This document shows positions 8,305-17,665 of a DNA stretch of 64,000 bases, piece by piece. Made by a program: the position numbers and the translations under genes. Position 1 is the stretch's first letter, and every line of letters begins with the position of its first letter. The DNA is taken from the IMG/VR virus record IMGVR_UViG_3300036985_003045; one strand, written 5' to 3'. Under the pieces are notes generated by a model that saw only the letters and a program-made list of their open reading frames with translations, searched no databases and was not told where the DNA came from. The stretch is from a virus (taxonomy: Duplodnaviria > Caudoviricetes).

Positions 8305-8333
8305 ATTATATCACCTTTTCAGAGAATGTAAAC
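8305..8333 (-). promoter_or_regulatory. T4-type early promoter
   Basis: GTTTAC-17-TATAAT with TGn extension. Confidence 0.75.
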
Positions 8334-8361
8334 ATTTATTTTCACAATTGGAAAAATTACC

Positions 8362-8440
8362 TAAAGTGTAAAAAAGTGCACTTTTAAGCAATTGATTATA
8401 TTATACTTTTTTTATTAAAAAGTGCGTTTTTTACACTTTA
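8362..8440. repeat. imperfect 26-bp inverted repeat in an AT-rich intergenic region
   Basis: taaagtgtaaaaaagtgcacttttaa (8362-8387) versus ttaaaaagtgcgttttttacacttta (8415-8440). Confidence 0.85.
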
Positions 8441-8525
8441 TGGTAGTATCTGCACCCTTAAAAATAAAAAGTGTGCACAGAACTGATTATTTTTTTATTT
8501 ATTTAATTAAATCAATATGTTATTA

Positions 8526-10244
8526 TTAAACTAACACTGAAAATTCATTCCGTTTTTCCACCTTCAGGATTGAATGAAATTTGTCATTTAATATGTCCCC
8601 TTTATGACTGATGACAAATACATTTGTATCCTTCGAGACCTCATCTAGTAATTGAAGCAATAAATCTGTAGCACTTGCATCTAAAGATGAATCAAATATT
8701 TCATCCAATATTAACAAATTAGTATTAACTGAATTCTTCAATCGGGCGATTTGTCTCCAAGCAAATAGAATTGCAACGTCAAGTTTACGTTTTTCTCCTT
8801 CTGAGAAAGAGGCATAGGTAAACTCATCTCTAAATCTAGATTTGATAGTTTCATTGAATGACTCATCTAATTCAAACTTAATATAAGTGTCCATAATTGC
8901 CAGATACTTATTGATTAAGGTATTCATTACAGGTAGATACTCACGAATAATAGCTGTCTTAATTCCTGTATCTTTGAGTAACTGATTTGAAATATCCTGC
9001 AAACCTCTAAGTTCCATCAAGGATGTTTTCTCAGTTATCTTTTCAACAGTACTAGTCGCAAGTTCTTTTAGTTTACGTTTCTCTTCATCTACATTGGTAG
9101 TATTTTGTTCAACTGATTCGATTTCTAAAAGAAACTGAGAGTTCTGTTTGTTTAGTAAAGTAACAGTACTATTTGTTGTTGATAGTTCAATATTCTTATC
9201 AGTGATATTATTTTGTATAACTTGAATATTTTTTAAAGATTCTTTTAGATTAAAAAGTGCAACTTCTAATGCTATAAGTTTAGAATCTTCCTCATCTATT
9301 TTAGATTGAATATCTGCCACTACTATTTGTTTATAATCCTCGGTAATTTCCTGTGAACATGTTGAACATACATCATTCTCATAAAAGAAATGTTTGTGTG
9401 TTACATGATGATTATGGATTGCAGTAACTTTGCTATGTAACCTATTAACATCTTGGATATTTTGATCAAGAAAATCTTTATCGCTAATCTTTTCTCTTAA
9501 ATGAACTAATTCTGCCGCTAGTAAATCAGAAGTTACTTGAGATTGCTCAATTTGATAATCATTCTTAGTAATCTTATCTAATAATAATCTAACAGTATCA
9601 GATTTTGCAGTATTCATTGCTGAAATTATAGCAGTCTGAGACTCAACTTTTGCTCGAGCTATTTTAATATCTGATTCTAATCTTGCAATAGAATCTTTTG
9701 TTGATGCTACTCGATCCTTCAATATTTGATTCATTACCGAGAAGATACGAATATCCAGAATATCTTCAACAACTTCTCTACGTTGATTAGTTTTCAACTG
9801 CATGAATGGAACAAAAGATGCTGAACCTAGAATAACTACCTGTGTAAAGGTTTTATAGTTAAGTCTAAGTATCTGTTGTTCTAAAATCTTTTGGTAATCT
9901 TTATTAGCGGCTTCTTGATTTAATAAGACATCATTACAATATATCTCAAAGATTCCTGGTTTAATACCTCGAATAACTTTATATGTCTTATTACCAATAA
10001 TGAATTCACATGTTACTAATAGTTGTTTGCCATTAATAGAGTTAACTAATTGACTTAGTTTAATATCTCTGAAAGGTTTACCAAATAAACAAAATGTAAT
10101 GGCATCAAGTATGGTAGATTTACCATCACCGTTTTTACCCATAATTAGAGTAGTTCTTGACTTATCTAATAAGATTTTATTTTCAACATTTCCAGTTGAT
10201 AAGAAGTTTTTGTAACTGATGTACTTAAAATGTAATGTTGACAT
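8526..10244 (-). CDS. gp46: Rad50/SbcC-like recombination ATPase
   Basis: GKNGDGKST, CxxC zinc hook (CSTC), FSEGEKRK, LLILDEIFDSSLD. Confidence 0.97.
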   Translation of the reverse strand: MSTLHFKYISYKNFLSTGNVENKILLDKSRTTLIMGKNGDGKSTILDAITFCLFGKPFRDIKLSQLVNSINGKQLLVTCEFIIGNKTYKVIRGIKPGIFEIYCNDVLLNQEAANKDYQKILEQQILRLNYKTFTQVVILGSASFVPFMQLKTNQRREVVEDILDIRIFSVMNQILKDRVASTKDSIARLESDIKIARAKVESQTAIISAMNTAKSDTVRLLLDKITKNDYQIEQSQVTSDLLAAELVHLREKISDKDFLDQNIQDVNRLHSKVTAIHNHHVTHKHFFYENDVCSTCSQEITEDYKQIVVADIQSKIDEEDSKLIALEVALFNLKESLKNIQVIQNNITDKNIELSTTNSTVTLLNKQNSQFLLEIESVEQNTTNVDEEKRKLKELATSTVEKITEKTSLMELRGLQDISNQLLKDTGIKTAIIREYLPVMNTLINKYLAIMDTYIKFELDESFNETIKSRFRDEFTYASFSEGEKRKLDVAILFAWRQIARLKNSVNTNLLILDEIFDSSLDASATDLLLQLLDEVSKDTNVFVISHKGDILNDKFHSILKVEKRNEFSVLV

Positions 10245-11302
10245 TATGCCATATCCAAATTTACCGCTTCAGTATAAAGTGATTGAATGTAAGATTTTAT
10301 CTTTGATGTTTCTACATCAGTTTCTATAGATTCAATATAATGGTTTAAAACAGATTGAGTATCTTCTAATTTAATATCATCAGATAGTTCACCTGAAGAG
10401 AAGTCTCCAATGTCCTCAATAATTTTAATTTCATGTGCACCTTTATTATATAATTTAGTCAGGAATGTATCATATTTGTAATAATCAGTTTTGTTAACTA
10501 CTACAAGTTTAACATAAGTGTCTTGAATATCTATAGTACTTAAGTCAATTGGTTCTTGATTTAAATCATTATATTCTAATTTGACAAATAATTTATAAGG
10601 ATTCTCAATAAACTCTAAATCTCGTGTAGCAAGATCAAATATATGAAATCCTTTTGGATCGGCATAATCTTGCCAAGTTATTTCGTATGGAGTTCCAAGA
10701 TAAGTAATATTATTCTTTGTAGACCTATGATGATAATGACCTGAGAAGGTTTTATCATATCGATCAAACATCAAACTTGACATTCCTCCATGTGATTCTA
10801 CACCTCTATACATTTGAAATCCGCCAATCTCGAAATGACCCATGCAAATATCAGATAGCGAACTTCTAATCTCTTCATAAGATTCTTCATAATTGTCATT
10901 ACAGATCCAAGGTATCATAGCTATACTAATACCTTTGATAGAAACTGTTTGAGCATATTCTATGAGATGAATATTATCATATTCTGCCAATAGCAAATTA
11001 GGAGTGTTTGGAGATAAGGTGTTTTTAAAATATATGTCATGATTACCAATTATCATATAGACAGTTATATTTCTGTCTTTTAATTCATTAAAGAAAAATA
11101 ATTTACTTTGTTCTATTACATAATTATTAGTAAATTTACGGGTATCAAATGTATCACCTAAAATAATAACTGTGTCAATATTATTTTGGTCAAGATATGG
11201 AAAGAATACCTCATTATAAAATTTACGTTGATGGTCAATTATAATTGTAGAACCTGTTCTAGCACCAAAATGTTGGTCAGTAATTAAACAAACCTTATTC
11301 AT
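10244..11302 (-). CDS. gp47: Mre11/SbcD-like recombination nuclease
   Basis: DQHFG, GDTFD, GNHD and SGHYH phosphoesterase motifs. Confidence 0.97.
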   Translation of the reverse strand: MNKVCLITDQHFGARTGSTIIIDHQRKFYNEVFFPYLDQNNIDTVIILGDTFDTRKFTNNYVIEQSKLFFFNELKDRNITVYMIIGNHDIYFKNTLSPNTPNLLLAEYDNIHLIEYAQTVSIKGISIAMIPWICNDNYEESYEEIRSSLSDICMGHFEIGGFQMYRGVESHGGMSSLMFDRYDKTFSGHYHHRSTKNNITYLGTPYEITWQDYADPKGFHIFDLATRDLEFIENPYKLFVKLEYNDLNQEPIDLSTIDIQDTYVKLVVVNKTDYYKYDTFLTKLYNKGAHEIKIIEDIGDFSSGELSDDIKLEDTQSVLNHYIESIETDVETSKIKSYIQSLYTEAVNLDMA

Positions 11303-11492
11303 TCAACCTCCATCCTTCGATACTAGTTTGTTCAAACGTTTTAAGTTGACACTTACATCCTTGAGCTATTGCATACTTGATTGTATGTTCTTTTTCAGAA
11401 TTTTCTATAGTTTTCCAATCTTCCCATCTTTTAGATTCTTCATCAAATAAACGATATTGCTTTATAACTTCATTCATAATATATGCTCTCAA
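11295..11492 (-). CDS. hypothetical protein (65 aa)
   Basis: ORF coupled between gp55 and gp47. Confidence 0.6.
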   Translation of the reverse strand: MRAYIMNEVIKQYRLFDEESKRWEDWKTIENSEKEHTIKYAIAQGCKCQLKTFEQTSIEGWRLNE

Positions 11493-11495
11493 TAA

Positions 11496-12035
11496 TTAAT
11501 TATAAAAATCTTCTAAAGGTGAGTAAACTTCTTTTTTAATCTTTTCTTTTTTAGGTTTTTCAAATGATGAACCATCAAAGTTATTATACGCTTTCATGTA
11601 TTCGATATAGTTATTTGTGAAGTCTCCTTGTTCATCATGAGCTTGTAGTTCAGTAAGATCTAAAGCATTTGAGGTAAGTAGTTTGCTTCTAATGTATACT
11701 TGTCTTTTCTCTTTTGCTATTCTACGTAGAAATGCAAAATAAACAATTTGAGTAAAATAGGAAAAAGGATTATGTGTTTTATTCTCATCGAAATTATCAA
11801 TAACCTTTAAACAATTTTCGACTCCATCAAGTATCATATCCTCTTTAAATGAATATCCATTAAAGCTTCTAAGATTGGAGAAATTAGTAGCAATCTTAAA
11901 TATACATCCACCAATATATTCAGAGATTCTAGGTTTGGGAATTCCCTTTGATTCACAATCCTTAACTAAAAGGATACGTTCTTGCATAGCTACAAAGAAT
12001 TCTTCATTATTAATATAATTTAGTTTCTTACTCAT
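11496..12035 (-). CDS. gp55: late transcription sigma factor
   Basis: NYINNEEF...YIGGCIFKIA...YSFKEDMILDGVENCL...NPFSYFTQIVYFAFLRRIAKEKRQ. Confidence 0.96.
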   Translation of the reverse strand: MSKKLNYINNEEFFVAMQERILLVKDCESKGIPKPRISEYIGGCIFKIATNFSNLRSFNGYSFKEDMILDGVENCLKVIDNFDENKTHNPFSYFTQIVYFAFLRRIAKEKRQVYIRSKLLTSNALDLTELQAHDEQGDFTNNYIEYMKAYNNFDGSSFEKPKKEKIKKEVYSPLEDFYN

Positions 12036-12065
12036 TTCTACTCCCTCAATTTATAATATAGAACT

Positions 12066-12095
12066 ATTATATCCTATGATTGATAAAAAGTACAT
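12066..12095 (-). promoter_or_regulatory. early/middle-type promoter for gp55
   Basis: TGTACT-17-TATAAT. Confidence 0.55.
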
Positions 12096-12117
12096 TAAAA
12101 TATATTTTTATTTTACT

Positions 12118-12165
12118 GTTTACAACTGTTTACTTTTGTGATATACTGGTTATACCAGGTTTTTC
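12118..12165 (+). repeat. 48-bp dispersed repeat, copy A (promoter plus hairpin, antisense orientation)
   Basis: 46/48 identical to 55373-55420; contains TTTACA-17-TATACT and CTGGT-TAT-ACCAG. Confidence 0.9.
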
Positions 12166-12169
12166 TAGG

Positions 12170-12532
12170 TTAATGTATTGTTTCATTAGATAGATTAATA
12201 CTAATTGTTTCTAAATCATATTCCTCTTCAGGTAATACTAATTGACCTATTTGAACATCTATAAGACGTTTATAGTATTCAATAGTAGATTCATTTAAAG
12301 GTTTAATGATTATGACATCATCCTTCCATACTGTAAAGATTTGTTCGTCAGTAAAAGAACACCATGGAGAACCGGCTAATACTTCTTTATTTTTACCTTC
12401 AAATTCAAAGTTGACGGTTTTCATTTGGATAGGGTACATAATTGTAAATTTATGATCATCCTCACCTATTTTTACACTTATGATGTTATCTCCATTTACA
12501 AGTTTTAAGGTAATATATTCATGCTCTAACAT
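12170..12532 (-). CDS. conserved T4-like hypothetical protein downstream of uvsW (possible Sm-like fold)
   Basis: ITLKLVNGDNIIS...PW..FTDEQIF pattern and synteny. Confidence 0.6.
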   Translation of the reverse strand: MLEHEYITLKLVNGDNIISVKIGEDDHKFTIMYPIQMKTVNFEFEGKNKEVLAGSPWCSFTDEQIFTVWKDDVIIIKPLNESTIEYYKRLIDVQIGQLVLPEEEYDLETISINLSNETIH

Positions 12533-14016
12533 TTTAACTCCACTTCAACGATGTTAACTAAAAATTGTTCTGTAATATATATCTTATATCTCTCAATGCC
12601 ATGGGACAAAGTAGTATTTTTCCAAGACTTCCAGTGCAAATCATCAACTAAATCAAAAAGTCGGCATTCATTTTTACCATCATTTAAACGTAAACCTCTA
12701 CCTATAGATTGCAGATTTCTTATTTTAGATTTTGAAGGATGGGCAAATATAATGTTTTCTATTGATGGCATATTAGTACCTGTACTCATAGTCGCGTACG
12801 AGGCTACTATTATAGCATTATTATATTTGCTACAAACATTTCTAATCTCTTCACGATCTTTTGTATCAACTCCGCCATGAATATAAAAGACTGGTCTATC
12901 TTGATGTACTTTATTTTTTATATCTTCATATATGACTTTGCCATGCTTTTGTACATAGTTAAAAAGTACAAGAGTATTGCCTGTAGTAGATATTGCTAAA
13001 TTTCGTATAAATTTATTTCTGACAGGATTTGTAACTAACCAATCAAGTTCTTTGGTATATTCAGTACCTTTAAACATCCTACAAGTTTCTTCATCATATT
13101 TAAGAATAAGTTGTTTGATTTTTAAATTAACTACCGAACCTTCATCCATTAATTTTTTAGTTGTAGTTACCTGATATACCGGGCCAAATAATCCTTCAAG
13201 AGTTAGTTTATTAGTTTTAGAACTTTCATCAATAGTACCTGTAGCTCCAATTCTGTATTTGGTATTAACACATTTTTCCATAATACCTGAAATAGAAGCT
13301 GCCTTGGCAAGATGGCATTCATCAACCATAGCCACATCAAATTGCTGATAAAAGGATTTTTGTTTTATAGTAATTAATGATTGCCATGTAGAGATAAGAA
13401 CGTTTTTTGTAAAATCTTTTGTAAATCCTGAATATAGTTTTTGTACATTATGTTCAACATTAAATCCATTTGCACTTGAATAATCAGCAAAATCTGAATA
13501 CATTTGCTCAACAAGCATAGTATTAGGTACTATCAGAAGTAATTTTCTATTTGCATTTAAATGCCATCTCATTATAGCATACAAAATACCGGATTTACCT
13601 GAAGCGGTAGGACTTAATAATGTTACTCTATTTCTATTAAGCGCTTTTAAAAGAGCATCTACCTGATAATCCCTAAGCGAAATTGGTAAACCTCGCGCAG
13701 ATAAGTTAAGACTGTCGGCAAACAATTGAATATCTTGGGCAGAATATGTATTTGAATTCTCTATACCCGCACTAATAGTTAATTCATAATCATTTCTATT
13801 TGCAAATTCTTTAACATATTGTAATAAACCAGCATAGAGATTTTTAGTTTGAAGATTGTATAATCTAACATACCCATCCCATATACCTGCTTTATATGCC
13901 GGCATGAACTTATAACCTGAGATTCTAAACTTAAAGAAGTCAGATAGTTCTTGTTCTATAGAAGAATCTGAAAATATTCTAATATAGACTTCATTGTGTT
14001 TTTCTATTGTAATCAT
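12526..14016 (-). CDS. uvsW: SF2 DNA helicase UvsW
   Basis: LRDYQ, SPTASGKS, VDECH, LQSIGRGLR. Confidence 0.96.
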   Translation of the reverse strand: MITIEKHNEVYIRIFSDSSIEQELSDFFKFRISGYKFMPAYKAGIWDGYVRLYNLQTKNLYAGLLQYVKEFANRNDYELTISAGIENSNTYSAQDIQLFADSLNLSARGLPISLRDYQVDALLKALNRNRVTLLSPTASGKSGILYAIMRWHLNANRKLLLIVPNTMLVEQMYSDFADYSSANGFNVEHNVQKLYSGFTKDFTKNVLISTWQSLITIKQKSFYQQFDVAMVDECHLAKAASISGIMEKCVNTKYRIGATGTIDESSKTNKLTLEGLFGPVYQVTTTKKLMDEGSVVNLKIKQLILKYDEETCRMFKGTEYTKELDWLVTNPVRNKFIRNLAISTTGNTLVLFNYVQKHGKVIYEDIKNKVHQDRPVFYIHGGVDTKDREEIRNVCSKYNNAIIVASYATMSTGTNMPSIENIIFAHPSKSKIRNLQSIGRGLRLNDGKNECRLFDLVDDLHWKSWKNTTLSHGIERYKIYITEQFLVNIVEVELKC

Positions 14017-14456
14017 TAGTTGCCAGCTAAAAACTTTTTATGTTCTAGAACTGTTTTTAATTGCCAATCTCTAGCCTTGATTTGGCCTAGGATAGATTCA
14101 AGTAGGTAATTCATAGTTTGCAAATATTCTATTTTAACTTTCATATTATTAAGATCAGTATCTCCATCAAGAAATTGATCCATCTCATTCTTCATAGGTT
14201 TGACACCTTGCCATTGTTCCCAATTCAGTATAGATAATTCATCTCTAGAAAGTTCACCTCGATAATACCTAAACTTAGTCTTTTTTAGAACATTATAATC
14301 ATTATTATATTTTGTAACTTTAAGTTTTGCCTGCATTAAATATCTTATATACTTAGCATGCAACTTTGGAACTCGAATGGATTCATTCGAGATATGATTG
14401 TCATCCATTACAGAATCGTCATCCCATTCTGATAAAAGTTCATCAATTGTAGCCAT
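14016..14456 (-). CDS. uvsY: recombination mediator UvsY
   Basis: PKLHAKYIRYL...KFRYYRGEL...IKARDWQLK. Confidence 0.93.
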   Translation of the reverse strand: MATIDELLSEWDDDSVMDDNHISNESIRVPKLHAKYIRYLMQAKLKVTKYNNDYNVLKKTKFRYYRGELSRDELSILNWEQWQGVKPMKNEMDQFLDGDTDLNNMKVKIEYLQTMNYLLESILGQIKARDWQLKTVLEHKKFLAGN

Positions 14457-14471
14457 AATATCCTCAAAAAA

Positions 14472-15002
14472 TTATATAAATTCGTATCTACTTATTTTAA
14501 ATGTTACATTCCCAACTAAATATGATACGTCTGTATTTGTAGATAGAAAATTCATTGAACTTAAATTCAATGGTAGAATATCTATAAACTTTACAGTTTT
14601 TACCGGTAGATTATTACTTCCTAATATCTGTAAAGTAGCATCAGAATATTCTTTACTTGTTCTACTATACCCTGTATCTTGTAAATTAATAAAATCAGTA
14701 AATTGATTATTATCTTCTGGAAAACCAAGTCCTATCATCCAATCATATACAGCAATATAATTACTCATATTTTGATCTATAATAAACTGTATATTTAGAT
14801 CTTCAAATGAAAGTATTTCCCCACTAAATGGCAAAGCCGATAAAGGAGTGTTTACTTCAAATGTTGGTAAAGACATACCTGGAAGAGTAACTTCTTGACA
14901 AAAGAATGATACTTCCGGTAATTTTGAAATAGAAAAATTAAACCCATTACTTGATAGTGGATTTATATTTGTTGGAAACGGACATGTAGTTGTTATTGCC
15001 AT
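14472..15002 (-). CDS. gp3: tail completion / tube terminator protein
   Basis: NPLSSNGFNFSISKLPEVSFFCQEVTLPG...YDWMIGLGFP; synteny after gp23. Confidence 0.85.
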   Translation of the reverse strand: MAITTTCPFPTNINPLSSNGFNFSISKLPEVSFFCQEVTLPGMSLPTFEVNTPLSALPFSGEILSFEDLNIQFIIDQNMSNYIAVYDWMIGLGFPEDNNQFTDFINLQDTGYSRTSKEYSDATLQILGSNNLPVKTVKFIDILPLNLSSMNFLSTNTDVSYLVGNVTFKISRYEFI

Positions 15003-15018
15003 TATAGTACCTCTGATC

Positions 15019-15026
15019 TATTTATA
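15019..15026 (-). promoter_or_regulatory. gp55 late promoter TATAAATA
   Basis: Exact T4 late consensus upstream of gp3. Confidence 0.8.
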
Positions 15027-15031
15027 ACAAT

Positions 15032-15057
15032 AAAAAAAGGAGTCCGAAGACTCCTTT
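15032..15057 (-). terminator. rho-independent terminator after gp23
   Basis: GGAGUC-UUCG-GACUCC followed by a U7 tract. Confidence 0.93.
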
Positions 15058-15084
15058 CTTATCAAACGTATTTAAAACTAAAAC

Positions 15085-16488
15085 TTACATTAAGTTAGTA
15101 ACTTTAACGATTCTGTAATAGTAATTTTTACGTGCTGTCATTGAATTGTCAGCATTTGAAGTAGCAGACATTGAAGCGTCATCAATATCAACCATTGGGT
15201 TAGCAACCATACCGTAACGAGTTTTAAAACCAATTTTAGGTTGGAAAGTTTGTGGATCAACCGCACGAACCATTTGCAATGGAACATATGGGCAATAGAA
15301 CAAACCTGCATCAAATGCAGAAGTACCTTTATAACCTACAGTAAAGAATTGTAGACCTGCACCAGAAGGATTGTTACCACCTGTGTAAGGATCAACATAA
15401 ACTTTATATTTGCCGTTTAAGATACCAGCAAAAGTAGTAGATGCTTCATCAACATTCAAACCAGTAGAAAGAGCAGGAGCATAATCTAATACACCAGCCA
15501 TTGCTAAAGCAGAAGCAACATCTGAAGAACAGATGATGAAGTTACCACGTCCACGACGTGTTTGTTGAGCGATAGCGTTAGCTTCTCTTTCAATTTGGAA
15601 CAACAAACCTTTGAATTTTTCAACTGACCAACGACCATTAGAGTCAACGTCAAGATCAAAAATACCAGCAGTAGCAGTACCAACAGCAGCACCTTGTTTA
15701 GCAACAGTGTAGATAGTACGAATTACTTCACGGTTGATTTCAGCAAGAATTTCAGTAGAAAGAATTTTGCTCAATTCGCCTTCAGCGTCAAGACCATGAA
15801 CTGATTTCAAGTCTTGTGCTAATTCGATAGAGTATTCAGCTTTCAATGCACGAGTTTTAGCAACAACTGAAGTTTTTTCAATTGAGAATGCCATTTCAGG
15901 AAATGCTTCACCTGAAGTAGAACCTAAAATTTCAGCATTAGCAGTAGACAAACCTAAACCAGTTTGGTATGTACCAGTTGATAAACCAGTAGCGCCGGTA
16001 GGATCAGTACCAGTAGCGCCTGAAGTACCAGTAAAGCTAGTGTTAGCTTCGTTAAACAATGCTTCTGTTCCACTTGGACTAGTGTAACGAGATTTCATTG
16101 CAAAAATCAAACCAGTTGGTTGAGTCATTGGTTGAACACCAGCAACATCATATGCAATCAACTGAGGCATAGCACGACGTACTAAGTTAATCAACACAGG
16201 ATCAAAACCAGCTACACCACCAGTACCAGCAGCGCCAGCATTGTATGTACCAGTACCAGTAGTATTGACACCATAGTTGCCACCACCACCAATGTTAGTA
16301 GAAACTCCGCCTGTACCAGCTTCGAAAAGCATACCGTTAGCTTGGCTAGCAGCATTCATTTCACGTTGTTGGTTTTCTAGGATAACTGCTAAGTCACCAC
16401 GACGAGTATAGTCTTTAATTGCAGGAGCGCCATCAGCGTCAATTACAGGAGCCCATTTTTCTAAAAGGGCAGAACGATTTAATTCCAT
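15085..16488 (-). CDS. gp23: major capsid protein
   Basis: FDPVLINLVRRAMP, GVQPMTQPTGLIFAM, KTRALKAEYSIELAQDLK, KIGFKTRYG. Confidence 0.99.
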   Translation of the reverse strand: MELNRSALLEKWAPVIDADGAPAIKDYTRRGDLAVILENQQREMNAASQANGMLFEAGTGGVSTNIGGGGNYGVNTTGTGTYNAGAAGTGGVAGFDPVLINLVRRAMPQLIAYDVAGVQPMTQPTGLIFAMKSRYTSPSGTEALFNEANTSFTGTSGATGTDPTGATGLSTGTYQTGLGLSTANAEILGSTSGEAFPEMAFSIEKTSVVAKTRALKAEYSIELAQDLKSVHGLDAEGELSKILSTEILAEINREVIRTIYTVAKQGAAVGTATAGIFDLDVDSNGRWSVEKFKGLLFQIEREANAIAQQTRRGRGNFIICSSDVASALAMAGVLDYAPALSTGLNVDEASTTFAGILNGKYKVYVDPYTGGNNPSGAGLQFFTVGYKGTSAFDAGLFYCPYVPLQMVRAVDPQTFQPKIGFKTRYGMVANPMVDIDDASMSATSNADNSMTARKNYYYRIVKVTNLM

Positions 16489-16514
16489 CTTAAGTTTCCT
16501 TATTTTTATTAAAA

Positions 16515-17615
16515 TTATTGGTTATATTGTTGTAATGCTTTAGCATACGCAGCAACAGTAGGATCAACATTAACATATTTGTTTTCTTTGATTTCATCTA
16601 CTGGAGAATCAGTAACAAAAGATTCTACCAAAGCGCTTTGTTTGCCTGTGAAATAGTTTTCACGAATTGTTTGTACTTTTACTTTAAATGTATCTTCAGC
16701 ATCATAAGATAATTCTTCTACTAATGCAATAAATTTTTCAGTTTCTGTATCAGTCAAACCTTCGCTAACCATACTTACAATTTCTTTACGAACTGATTCA
16801 GAAAGTGATTTCTTCAAATCAATATTTCTTTCAACTTGTTCATTTAACTTAGACTCTAGTACATCAATCTTAGTTTCCATTTCACCGATAACGTCGTACT
16901 TTTCTTCAGGAACATCAATATAATGTTCTTCAAAAAGGCCTTTCATACCAGTAATAAAGGATTCCATGATGTCAGACTTAAGTCCATTTTCAAGGGCTAT
17001 TTCATTCTGTTCTATCCACTGCTCAACAACATAGTCGAGGTAACCATCAATTTTTTCAACCAGACCCTCAGTAATTGAATCTACTTGCTCAGCAAGTTTT
17101 TCTTCAAATTCTTCTTCTAAACGTGCAACTTCTTCTTTAACACGTACAACCACAGCAGACTCGAAAATAGTCGCTGCTTTTACTCTAAACTCTTCAGATA
17201 AAGATTCACCAAACATTAAAGCATCTACATCGGCAGAAACGTCAACTTGGACATCAAATTCTTCTTTAGTTAGTTTGTCAGTTGCTTTAGAGATGCCTTT
17301 TTGTCTTTTGTCTATCTTTCTTCCATGATATGCTGCATTAGCAATATCACTCTTTTCTAAAGAACCTACCATATTAATTCCATGAGAAGCAAGTTTGCCA
17401 GATGCTTTCTTAACATAAGAACCTAAAGTCGCTTTTGATAATTCAAACAGTGCTTGTTCATCTTCATCTAAAGAATCAAATTCTTCTTCAGTGATGAAAT
17501 CTTCATCTAATTCTTCAGTGATGAAATCTTCATCTAATTCTTCTTCGTTTTCTAAAACTAATCCTGCCAATTTGGATTCTTCCATAATCTCAGCGATTTT
17601 GCTATCAATAGACAT
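16515..17615 (-). CDS. gp22: prohead core scaffold protein
   Basis: LSEEFRVKAATIFE..., acidic coiled coil; position between gp21 and gp23. Confidence 0.93.
   Translation of the reverse strand: MSIDSKIAEIMEESKLAGLVLENEEELDEDFITEELDEDFITEEEFDSLDEDEQALFELSKATLGSYVKKASGKLASHGINMVGSLEKSDIANAAYHGRKIDKRQKGISKATDKLTKEEFDVQVDVSADVDALMFGESLSEEFRVKAATIFESAVVVRVKEEVARLEEEFEEKLAEQVDSITEGLVEKIDGYLDYVVEQWIEQNEIALENGLKSDIMESFITGMKGLFEEHYIDVPEEKYDVIGEMETKIDVLESKLNEQVERNIDLKKSLSESVRKEIVSMVSEGLTDTETEKFIALVEELSYDAEDTFKVKVQTIRENYFTGKQSALVESFVTDSPVDEIKENKYVNVDPTVAAYAKALQQYNQ
17484..17545. repeat. 27-bp tandem repeat (EELDEDFIT twice) in the gp22 N terminus
   Basis: tcttcagtgatgaaatcttcatctaat repeated. Confidence 0.85.
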
Positions 17616-17645
17616 TTATATACTCCTAATTTTGATATATCTTAT

Positions 17646-17653
17646 TATTTATA
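17646..17653 (-). promoter_or_regulatory. late promoter TATAAATA
   Basis: Exact consensus upstream of gp22-gp23. Confidence 0.8.
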
Positions 17654-17665
17654 AAAATTAAACTT

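Noticed and set aside
14398-14706. 102-aa ORF overlapping uvsY and gp3
   Set aside because: Overlaps two well-supported genes and has no recognisable features.
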